64,000 nucleotides of DNA from Mobula hypostoma (taxonomy: Eukaryota). The position numbers were made by a program, and so were the translations under genes. Below are positions 1 to 10,396 of this stretch, piece after piece. The stretch is taken from NCBI RefSeq assembly GCF_963921235.1, contig NC_086097.1, positions 255,380,001 through 255,444,000 on the forward strand, written 5' to 3'. The notes below the pieces were generated by a model. That model saw only the letters and a list, made by a program, of their open reading frames with translations. It made no database searches and was not told where the DNA came from. The stretch's first letter is position 1. Each line of letters begins with the position of its first letter.

Positions 1-281
1 ACTGCTTCGCCGAGCACCTACCCTCCATTTACCAGAAAAAGTGGGATCTCCCAATAGCCACCCACTTCAATTCTACTTCCCATTCCCATTTCGACATGTC
101 AGTCCATGGACTCCTCTACTACCACGATTAGAGATCGGAGCTCATGGCTCTCAGATTGGAGCAGCAACCCCTTACATTCCTTCTGGGTAGCCTCCAACCT
201 GATGGCATGAGCATCAATTTCTCGAATTTCCGGTAATTGTTCCACCCCCTTCACCATTCCTATTCCTGTTTCCCTCTCTAA
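1..281 (+). mobile_element. Penelope-like element (PLE), C-terminal GIY-YIG endonuclease remnant and start of 3' region
   Basis: Frame from base 3 reads CFAEHLPSI..DLPIATHFNSTSHSHFDMSVHGLLYYHD*..LRLEQQPLTFLLGSLQPDGMSINFSNFR* (ends 236), typical of the PLE endonuclease C-terminus; one in-frame stop; the pyrimidine-rich 3' region resumes at ~4894. Confidence 0.8.
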
Positions 282-2369
282 CCATAGAAACAATAGACAA
301 TAGGTGCAGGAGTAGGCCATTCAGCCCTTCGAGCCAGCACCGCCATTCACTGTGATCATGGCTGATCATCCACAATCAGTACCCTGTTCCTGCTTTCTCC
401 CCATATCCCTTGACTCCACTTTCATTAAGAGCTCTATCTAACTCTTTCTTGAAAGCATCCAGAGAATTGGCCTCCACTGCCTTCTGAGGCAGACCATTCC
501 ACAGATCCACAACTCTCAGGGTGAAAAAGTTTTTCCTCAACTTCGTACTAAATGGCCTACCCCTTATTCTCAAATTGTGGCCTCTGGTTCTGGACTCCCC
601 CAACATCGGGAACATGTTTCCCATCTCTAGCATGTCCAATCCCTTAATAATCTTACAAACGTTTGTACATGTTTCAATCAGATCCCCTCTCATCCTTTGA
701 AATTCCAGTGTATACAAGCCCAGTCGCCCAATCATTCAACATATGACAGTCCCGCCATCCCGGGAATTAACCTCGTGAACCTACGCTGCACTCCCTGAAC
801 AGCAAGAATGTCCTTCCTCAAATTTGGAAACCAAAACACTACACAATACTCCAGGTGTGGTCTTACCAGGGCCCTGTACAACTGCAGAAGGACCTCTTTG
901 CTCCTATACTCAACTCCCCTTGTTATGCAGGCCAACATGCCATTAGCTTTCTTCACTGCCTGCTGTACCTTCATGCTTCCTTTCAGTGACTGATGAACAA
1001 GGACACCAAGATCTCATTGTACTTTCCCGTTTCCTAACTTGACACCATTCATACAGTAATCTGCCTTCCTGTTCTTGCCACCAAAGTGGATAACCTCACA
1101 TTTATTCACATTAAACTGCATCTGCCATGCATCTGCCCACTCACCCAACCTGTCCCAGTCATTCTGCATTATCTCAATATCCTCCTCACATTTCACACTG
1201 CCACCCAGTTTTGTGTCATCTGCAAATTTGCTAATGTTGCTTTTAATCCCTTCATCTAAATCATTAATGTATATTGTAAATAGCTGTGGTCCCAGCACCA
1301 AGCCTTGCGGTACCCCACTAGTCACAGCCTGCCATTCTGAAAGGGACCCGTTATTCCCTACTCTTTGTTTCCTGTCTGCCAACCAATTTACGATCCATGT
1401 CAATACCCTACCCCCAATACCATGTGCTCTAATTTTGCCCACTAACCTCCTATGTGGGACCTTATCAAAGGCTTTCTGAAAGTCCAGGTACACTACATCC
1501 ACTGGCTCTCTCTTATCCATTTTCATAGTTACATCCTCAAAAAATTCCAGAAGATTAGTCAAGCATGATTTCCCCTTTGTAAATCCATGCTGACTCGGTC
1601 CGATCCTGTTACCGCTATCCAAATATGCTGCTGTTTCATCCTTTATAATTGACTCCAGCATCTTCCCCACCACTGATCTCAGGCTAACTGTTCTATAATT
1701 CCCTGTTTTCTCTCTCCCTCCTTTCTTAAAAAGTGGGACAACATTAGCTACCCTCCAGTACTCAGGAACTGATCCTGAATCTATAGAACATTGGAAAATA
1801 ATTACCAATGTGTCCACGATTTCTAGAGCCACCTCCTTAAGTACCCTGGGGTGCAGACCATCAGGACGTGGGGATTATCACTCTTCAGTCCCATCAGTCT
1901 ATCCAACACCATTTTCTGCCTAATGTGAATTTCCTTCAGTTCCTCTGTTACCCTAAGTCCTCCGGCCACTATTACATCTCGGAGGTTGTTTGTGTCTTCC
2001 CTAGTGAAGGCAGATCCAAAGTACCTGTTCAACTCATCTGCCATTTCCTTGTTCCCCATAATAAATTCACCCGTTTCTGTCTTCAAGGGCCCAACTTTGG
2101 TCTTAACTAATTTTTTCCTTTTCACATACCTAAAGAAGCTTTTACTATCCTCCTTTATATTCTTGGCTAGCTTGCCTTTGTATCTCATCTTTTCTCCCCG
2201 TACTGCCTTTTTAGTTATCCTCTATTGCTCTTTAAAATTTAGTTTCCCAATCCTTTGGCTTCCCACTCATCTTTGCTATGTTATACTTCTCTTTTATTTT
2301 TATACTATCCATGACTTCCCTTGTCAGCCACAGTCGCCCCTTACTCCCCTTAGGATCTTTCTTCCTCTG
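282..2369 (-). mobile_element. CR1 LINE (subfamily G, (TATTGTC)n tail), 5'-truncated, decayed ORF2 RT
   Basis: ORF pieces 376-735, 732-974, 1014-1832, 1823-2188 carry YLDFQKAFDKVPH, GVPQG, KFADDTKL, RPHLEYC; 3' hairpin and tail at 282-330. Confidence 0.93.
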
Positions 2370-4893
2370 AGAAACATAGAAAGCCTACAGCACAATACAA
2401 ACTCTTCGGCCCACAAAGCTGTGCCGAACATGTCTTTACCTTAGAACTACCGAGGCTTACCCATAGCCCTCTATTTTTCTAAGCTCCATGTATCCATCCA
2501 GGAGTCTCTTAAAAGTCCCTTTTGTTTCTGCCTCCACCAACACCGGCAGCCCATTCCATGCACTCACCACTCTCTGCATAAAAAACTTATCCCTGACATC
2601 TCCTCTGTACCTACTTCCAAGCACCTTAAAACTGTGCCCTCTCATTCTAGCCATTTCAGCCCTGGGAAAAAGCCTCTGACTATCCACGTGATCAATGCCT
2701 CTCATCATCTTATACACCTCTATCAGGTCACATCTCATCCTCCGTCACTCCAAGGAGAAAAGGCCAAGTTCACTCAACCTATTCTCATAAGGCATGCTCC
2801 CTAATCCAGGCAACATCTTTGTAAATCTCCTCTGCACCTTTTCAATGGTTTCCACATCCTTCCTGTAGTGAGGCGACCAGAACTGAGCACAGTACTCCAA
2901 GCGGGGTCTGACCAGGGTCCTATGTAGCTGCAACATTACCTCTCGGCTTTTAAACTCAATCCCACGATTGATGAAGGCCAATGCACCGTATGCCTTCTTG
3001 ACTACAGAGTCAACCTGCGTAGCAGCTTTGAGAGTCCTATGGACTCGGAACCCAAGATCCCTCTGATCCTCCACATTGCCAAGAGTCTTACCATTAATGC
3101 TATATTCTGCCATCATATTTGACCACCCAGAATGAACCACTTCACACTTATTTGGGTTGAACTCCATCTGTCACTTCTCAGCCCCGTTTTGCATCCTATC
3201 AATGTCCCATTGTAACCTCTGGCAGCACTGCACTCTATCCACAACACCCCCAACCTTTCTGTCATCTGCAAAGTTACTAACCCATCCCTCTACTTCCTCA
3301 TCCAGGTCATTTATAAAAAATCACAAAGAGTAGGGGTCCCAGGACAGATCCCTGAGGCACACCACTGGTCACCAGACTCCATGCAGAATATGATCCATCT
3401 ACACCCACTCTTTGTCTTCTGTGGGCAAGCCATTTCTGGATCCACAAAGCAATGTCCACTTGGATCCCATGCCTCCTTACTTTCTCAATAAGCCTTGTAT
3501 GGGGTACCTTGTGAAATGCCTTGCTAAAATCCATATACACTACATCAATGGCTCTAACTTCATCAATGTGTTTAGTCACATCCTCAAAAAATCCAATCAG
3601 GCTCGTAAGGCATGACCTGTCTTTGACACAGCCATGCTGACTATTCCTAATCACATTATGCCTCTCCAAATGTTCATAAATCCTGCCTCTCAGGATCTTC
3701 TCCATCAACTTACCAACCACTGAAGTAAGACTCACTGGTCTATAATTTCCTGGGCTATCCCTACTCCCCTTCTTGAATAAGGGAACAACATCCGCAACCC
3801 TCCAATCCTCCAGAACCTCTCCCATCCTCATTGATGATGCAAAGATCATCGCCAGAGGCTCAGCAATCTCCTCCCTCTCTTCCCACAGTAGCCTGAAGTA
3901 CAACCCGTCCGGTCTCGGTGACTTATCCAACTTGATGCTTTCCAAAAGCTCCAGCGCATCCTCTTCCTTAATATCTAAATGCTCAAGCTTTTCAGTCTGC
4001 TGTAAGTCATTCCTACAATCGCCAAAATCCTCTTCTGTTGTGAATACTGAAGCAAAGTATTCATTAAGTACTTCTGCCGTCTCCTCCGGTTCCATACACA
4101 CTTTTCCACTGTCACACTTGATTGGTCCTATTCTCTCATGTCTTATCCTCTTGCTCTTCACAAGAGGATTTTTGAACCTTCTTTTCTTCTTGACTAGATT
4201 TACAACAACCTTTGTACACTACGGCCTGTACCCTACTATCCTTTTCCTGTTTCATTGGAAGTTAACTATGCAGAACCCCACACAAATATTCCCTGAACAT
4301 TTGCCACATTTCTTCCGCACATTCCCCTGAGAAGATCTGTTTCCAATTTATGCTTCCAAGTTCCTGACTGATAGCCTCATATTTCCCCTTACTCCAATTA
4401 AATGTTTCCCTAACTTGTCTGTTCCTACCCCTCTCCAATGCAATGGTAAAGGAGATAGAATTGTGATCTCTGCCTCCAAAATGCTCTCCCACTGACAGAC
4501 CTGACACCTGACCAAGTTCATTTCCCAATACCAGATCAAGTACTCTCCTCTTGTAGGCTTATCTACATATTTTGTCAAGAAACCTTCCTGAACACACCTA
4601 ACAAACTCCACCCATCTAATCACCTCACTGTAGGAAGATGCCAATCAATATTTGGGAACTTAAAATCTCCCACAACAACAACCCTGTTACTATTACCCCT
4701 TTTCATAATCTGTCTCCCTATCTGCTCCTTGATGTCCCTGTTACTGGGTGGTCTATAAAAAACACCCAGTAGTGTTATTGCCCCCTTCCTATTCCTAACC
4801 TCCACCCACAGAGACTCTGTAGACAACCCCTCCATGACTTCCTCCTTTTCTGCAGCCATGACGCTATCTCTGATCAACAGTGCCACGCCCTCA
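2370..4893 (-). mobile_element. CR1 LINE (subfamily B), decayed APE-RT ORF2
   Basis: ORF pieces 2457-4961 with [30 protein letters not shown]; 3' tail at 2370-2400; many frameshifts. Confidence 0.92.
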
Positions 4894-5250
4894 CCTCTCG
4901 TCTCCCTCCTTACCTGCCCATCACCTCCTTCTGGTGCTCCTCCCTCTTTCCTTTCTTCCACTGTCTTCTATCCTCTTCTATCTGATTCCCCCTTCTCCAG
5001 CCCTTTATCTCTTTCGCCTATCACCTTCCTAGCTCTTTACTTCACCCCTCCTGGTTTCATCTATCACCTACCACCTTGTACTTCTTCCTCCCCTCCCCCA
5101 ACCAGTTGCTCTAACTTCCCTTTTTCTCCCCAGTCCTGATGAAGGGTTTCAACTGTTCACTCTTTTCCATGCTGTCTGACCTGCTCAGTTCCTCTAACAT
5201 TTTGTATTTGTTGCTTAGATTTCCAGCATCTGTAGATTTTCTCATCTTTA
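4894..5250 (+). mobile_element. PLE 3' region/terminal repeat (continuation of 1-281) with a partly deleted hammerhead
   Basis: CT-rich tract, then CAGTCCTGATGAAGGG (5131-5146) and ...ATTTCCAGCATCTGTAGA, homologous to the hairpin elements at 8949 and 25498; the GAAACGTC part of the hammerhead is missing. Confidence 0.75.
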
Positions 5251-5577
5251 ATTTTCATTTTTGTGTTTCACGTTGTCGGAAACAAGCCACAGTTGCATCA
5301 ATCAGCGGTGTGTCTACAGGTGATCAAAGCCATGTTTTCAGGGGAGAAGAGAAGAGCAAAGAGAACACTATCTCACCATTCCCGTTGGAAGAACCCCCCA
5401 TTATCTTAATTGTAATGAACTGTCTCTCTGTACCATCAGGGAACAGTACAGCACAGTGACAGATAATCTAGTAAACAAATGTTTATACTAATATAGATAT
5501 TAAGATCAGATATTTATATTAGATATTTCATATGTATTACCCTTTCATTTTACAATGCGTTCAGAGTCATAGTGAAC

Positions 5578-5945
5578 TCATGATCATCATTATCATCATC
5601 AGGTGCCGCGCCCAGTTTGAGCTTTGACTGCCATGGCCCACATGCTCCTGTTTCGGGTCAAATGGATCAATTCACTGGTATTCATTTCCAGTTCTCTGGC
5701 TGCTGTCTTCATCATTATTTGTCTTTGCCTTCCTTTTGCTTTCTTCCCTTCAATCTTTCCCATAATTACCGTGCATTCTAACACCTCTTTCCTAATCACA
5801 TATTCAATGAAGTTACGTTTCCTTTTCCTGAACTCATACATCATTTCTCTTTTTGTGCTTGCTCTGTTCATGACATCCTTGTTAGATATTTGTTTCATCC
5901 ATGATATTGTTAGCATCCACCTCAAAACCCACATCTCTGCTGCCT
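5578..5945 (-). mobile_element. RTE-clade LINE 3' end with (GAT)n tail
   Basis: AAEMWVLRWMLTISW...MGKIEGKKAKGRQR matches the RTE ORF C-terminus; the stop is followed by a GAT microsatellite. Confidence 0.8.
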
Positions 5946-6454
5946 GTGCAGAACAGCACAGAAACAAGCCATGCAGACCTTGCTGAACTGTTAGCCATGT
6001 TATGTACAATCTTTACCCTATCATAGAGCTTGATCATGTATGTTATCCAATTACAAGACATTCAATTCTGCACATCTCCTTGAACCTCCATCTCTCAGTC
6101 TGTGGAAACTCTCTCAGTCAGCTTTAGCCAGGAAAGAAAAATTAAACTGAAGTCTTTATGTCAAAGAAGGAGATACCGGAAGTGGTGACTTAAGACTGCA
6201 TTAAGAGCCTGGGGGTGACACCAAAGAGGCTTTCAGCAAAGACAGTGGCAGACGTTGTGAAGGTGGATGTAAGAAGACTTGGCAATGAATAGCAGGCAGA
6301 CCATGAAAGAAATTATTTGCATTTACTTAGCACATTTCATGTCACAGAGCACTTTAAGGCCAATTATATGTGTTGTGAATCTATTCCTGATGGTGTTGAT
6401 ATTCACTGGCTAGGGTATCAGGGGAATCGTAAAATTAGTAGAGCGTAGGAATTA

Positions 6455-6604
6455 AGAGAGATTTAAGGGACTCTTAGAGAGGTACATGGATGAAAGATAA
6501 TTAAGGGCTATATGGGTTAGAGAAGGTTAAAAGGTCGGTGCAACATTGTAGGCCAAAGGGCCAGTCTCATCCTGTGATGTTCTGTGCTCTGTGCTCTGTA
6601 CTCT
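6455..6604 (+). mobile_element. CR1 3' end fragment (old)
   Basis: TTTAAG..CTCTTAGA.AGGTACATGGAT...GGCCAAAGGGCC hairpin plus (TGCTCTG)n-like tail. Confidence 0.7.
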
Positions 6605-6960
6605 ACCATTCAATAGAATTCTGGCTCATCTCAACTCCATCTCCCTGCTGTCCCCACATGACTCAAAATCCATATATCAATCTGTTTTAGCCTTGAACAT
6701 AATTAAAAACTCAATACTCAAATCTCTGAGGGGTAAAAAATTCACAGCCTACAGAGAGAAGAAATTCTCACAGTGCCAAGCTGCTAAACAGTATTTCTGA
6801 GATGATGTTTGCTTATTCTCAATTTTCCCACAGGAAACACACCCCCAGATCACCTGTACTGTTAAACCCTCACAGAATCTTATGTGCTTCAGTTATAAGC
6901 TCTAAATGCTCTTCAGTCTCTCCTCATCAGACCTCAGCTGGCATCGACTCTATATGGCCA

Positions 6961-7778
6961 AATGGAAAGTAGCTCAGGTGTGTCACAAAATGGAAAGTAG
7001 CCCAGGTGTGTCACAATGTAGAAAGTAGCCCAGGTGTGTCACAATGTGGAAAATAGCCCAGGTGTGTCACAAGGTGGAAAGTAGCCCAGGTGTGTCACAA
7101 TGTGGAAAATAGCCCAGGTGTGTCACAAGGTAGAAAGTAGTCCAGGTGTGTCACAATGGGGAAAATAGCCCAGGTGTGTCACAATGTGGAAAATAGCCCA
7201 GGTGTGTCGCAAGGTAGAAAGTAGCCCAGGTGTGTCACAATGTGGAAAATAGCCCAGGTGTGTCACAAGGTGGAAAGTAGCCCAGGTGTGTCACAATGTG
7301 GAAAATAGCCCAGGTGTGTCACAAGGTGGAAAGTAGCCCAGGTGTGTCACAATGTGGAAAATAGCCCAGGTGTGTCACAAGGTAGAAAGTAGTCCAGGTG
7401 TGTCACAATGGGGAAAATAGCCCAGGTGTGTCACAATGTAGAAAGTAGCCCAGGTGTGTCACAATGTGGAAAATAGCCCAGGTGTGTCACAAGGTGGAAA
7501 GTAGCCCAGGTGTGTCACAATGTGGAAAATAGCCCAGGTGTGTCACAAGGTAGAAAGTAGTCCAGGTGTGTCACAATGTGGAAAATAGCCCAGGTGTGTC
7601 ACAATGTAGAAAGTAGCCCAGGTGTGTCACAATGTGGAAAATAGCCCAGGTGTGTCGCAAGGTAGAAAGTAGCCCAGGTGTGTCACAATGCGGAAAATAG
7701 CCCAGGTGTGTCACAAGGTAGAAAGTAGCCCAGGTGTGTCACAATGTGGAAAGTAGCCCAGGTGTGTCACAAGGTAGA
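6961..7778. repeat. 28-bp minisatellite (~29 units), alternating variants giving a 56-bp dimer
   Basis: Units GAAAGTAGCCCAGGTGTGTCACAATGTG / GAAAATAGCCCAGGTGTGTCACAAGGTG at 28-bp spacing (7021, 7049, 7077...); one more partial unit at ~7854-7880. Confidence 0.97.
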
Positions 7779-7883
7779 CAGGAAAACCTGGAGCAAGGGT
7801 CGATGGACCGGACAGTGAACCGGAATACGGACATCACAGACCAGACCATGACAGTGTCACAAGGTAGAAAGTAGCCCAGGAAA

Positions 7884-9270
7884 AGTTCAAAGTTCAAAGT
7901 AAGATTTATTATCAGAGTACAAACATGACATACAGGTCACCACATTCTTTTTCTGCAGGCATACTTAGCAAATCTGTAGAATAGTAACTGTGAACTGTAA
8001 ACATCAGAAACTGAAACTATAAACAAACTGTGCAAATGCGGATATAAATAAATAGCAATAAATAACAAGCATGAAATAGCAATAAAACATCCATCCATAT
8101 AACAATGTAACAGAGTCCTTAAATGAGTGTAACTATCCCCTGATGGTTCGGGGTTAATAACAGTTCTTAAACTTGGTGGTGCGAGTCCTGAGGCACCTGT
8201 ACCTACTACCTGATGGCAGCAGTGAGAAAAAAGCATGGTCTGGATGGTGAGGATCTTTGATGATGGATGCTGCTTTTCTATGGCAATGTTTCATGTAGAT
8301 GTGCTCATTGGTTAGGAGGGTTGTAATGGGCCAAATCCACTACCTTTTGTAGGATTTTGCACTCAAAGGCATTGGTGTTCCCACACCAGGCTGTAATGCA
8401 GCCAGTCAGCACACTTTCCACCACTCATCTATAGATGTTTGTCAAGGTGTTTTGATAACGTGCTGAATCTCTGCAGACTGCTGAGGAAGTAGAGGTGCTT
8501 TCTTTGCAATTATATTTATATCATGGGTCCAGGACAGGTCTTCTGAGATAGTGACACCCAGGAACTTAAAGTTCCTGGCCCTCCTCACCTCTGATCCTCC
8601 GATGATTACTGGCTCATGGGCCTTTGATTCCCTCTCCGGAAGTCTACAATCAGTTCCTTGGTCTTATTGACATTGAGTGAGAGGTTGTTGGTTACTGCAC
8701 CAGCCGAATTTTCAATCTCCCTCCTGTATGCTGATTCATTACCACCTTTGACACAGCCCACAACAGTGGTGTCGTCAGCAAATTTGTATCTGGTGTTGGA
8801 GCTGTACTTAGCCGCACAGTCATAGGTGTAAAGTGAATAGAGCAGGAGGTCAAGTACACATCCATGCACCACTCCAGTGCTGATGGAGATTGTGGAGATG
8901 ATTTTGCAAACCTGGACTGACATTGGTCTACAAATGAGGATATCCAGGCAACATACATCAAAGTTGCTGGTGAACGCAGCAGGCCAAGCAGCATCTATAG
9001 GAAGAGGCGCAGTCGACGTTTCAACCCAAGGGTCTCGGCCTGAAACGTCGACTGCGCCTCTTCCTATAGATGCTGCTTGGCCTGCTGCGTTCACCAGCAA
9101 CTTTGATGTATGTTGCTTGAATTTCCAGCATCTGCAGAATTCCTGTTGTTTGAGGATATCCAGGATCCATTTTCACAAGGGGGTATTGAGACCCAATGGG
9201 CTAGTTTTGAGGGGACAATGGTGTTAAATGCTGAGCTGTAATTGATAAAGAGCATCCTGATGTATGCATC
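7884..9270 (-). mobile_element. Rex1/Babar LINE 3' part (interrupted by hairpin insert 8949-9150)
   Basis: [43 protein letters not shown] motifs; AATAAATCTTACTTTGAACTTTGAAC-type tail at 7884-7910. Confidence 0.88.
8949..9150 (+). mobile_element. Fold-back PLE-derived mini-insertion, copy 1 (perfect 76-bp inverted repeat, 14-bp TSD)
   Basis: Arms 8948-9023 and 9041-9116 are exact reverse complements; TGAGGATATCCAGG is duplicated at 8935-8948 and 9151-9164. Confidence 0.9.
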
Positions 9271-9747
9271 AGACATCACAACATGGGAGATAGGAGGAGG
9301 AGGCACCGGAGTATTCTCCTGGCTTGCTCCTGGTCTCAATTCCTCTTCCATGTTAGCTCCTCACAGCCATCGTTGCTCAGCTCCAGCCTCTACTGTCCCA
9401 GTCAGGGGATGTGACTACATTTACAATCTATGAAGCCGATTGAGTCTCATGTTGGCAGTTTCAGAATTTAAAATGGGTTTTAATAACGTGTAGAAAGCGG
9501 TGGTTGACTAATGCCTTTAGCGAGGGAATCCTAGCCCAACAATCGTGGTGTCCCTGTTCCACGTCCATGCATTTAACTTTCTGATGAAAACGTCCTCTCT
9601 AGGTCACCAATGCAGAAAGTAATAAGTTTAGGCACGGGACATTGAATTCAGTTTTAAAAATTCAGCACTTTCGTTAATGATCTGGGTGCTGTGGACACTT
9701 GAATAAAGTTAAAACAATCTGGTCCAGTATTGACGCCAATGGAAGCA
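9181..9747. repeat. Locally duplicated segment, copy 1 (Rex1 edge plus ~470 bp unclassified sequence)
   Basis: Colinear with 41841-42242 plus 48519-48726. Confidence 0.9.
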
Positions 9748-10190
9748 CTTTCCACCATATATCTCTAGAAGTTTGTCAAGGATTTTGATGACATGCAGAA
9801 CCTCTGCAGACTCCTGAGGTTGTAGAGGCACTGTCGTGCTTCCTTTGCAATTACATTTCTATGTTGGCTCCAGGACAGGTCCTCTGAGATAGTGACACCC
9901 AGGAACTTAAAGTTAATGACCTCTCCATTTCTGATCCTCCAATGAGTACTGGCTCATGGACCTCTGGTTTCCCTCGCCTGAAGTCTACAATCAATTCTTT
10001 GGTCTTATTGACATTGAGTGAGAGGTTGTTGTTATTACACCACTCAGAGAAATTTTCAATCTCCCTCCTGTATGCTAATTCATCACCCCTTTTGATATGG
10101 CCCATAACAGTGGTGTCATCAGCAAACTTGTATATGGTGTTGGAGTTGTACTTAGCCACATGGTCATCGGTGTCAAGCGAGTAGAGCAGG
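9748..10190 (-). mobile_element. Rex1/Babar LINE fragment
   Basis: ORF 9851-10297: IYKFADDTTVMG, WCNNNNLSLNVNKTKELIVDFRR. Confidence 0.85.
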
Positions 10191-10195
10191 GTTAG

Positions 10196-10395
10196 ATCAC
10201 AATGCAGAAAATAGTCCAGGTAGATAACAATGGGGAAAATAGTACAGTTGTAGTATAGTGTGTGATAATAGCCCAGCTGTGTCACAATATTGAGCATATC
10301 CCAGGCATATCACAATGGGGAAAATAGCCCATGTGTGAACATAAGGTGGAAATAACTCAGGTGTGTCGCAATATGGAAAAGAGCCAAGGTGTACT
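10196..10395. repeat. Diverged units of the 28-bp minisatellite
   Basis: TCACAATG..GAAAATAG.CCAGGT-like units recur at ~28-bp spacing. Confidence 0.8.
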
Positions 10396-10396
10396 A

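Noticed and set aside
6961..7778. 28-bp repeat as a CRISPR array
   Set aside because: Units are head-to-tail with no unique spacers, there are no cas genes, and the context is eukaryotic.
9024..9056. Functional hammerhead in hairpin copy 1 (and at 5131-5156)
   Set aside because: CUGANGA is absent at 9024-9040, and GAAA/stem III is deleted at 5131-5156.
8949..9150. Hairpins as pre-miRNAs or classical MITEs
   Set aside because: Asymmetric ends, 12-14 bp TSDs and homology to the PLE terminal repeat fit a retroelement origin; there is no expression evidence.
9091..9433. ORFs MEEELRPGASQ... and MIKSILMYAS... as host exons
   Set aside because: They cross TE junctions, have no recognisable domain, and the start codon of the first is not kept in the second copy.
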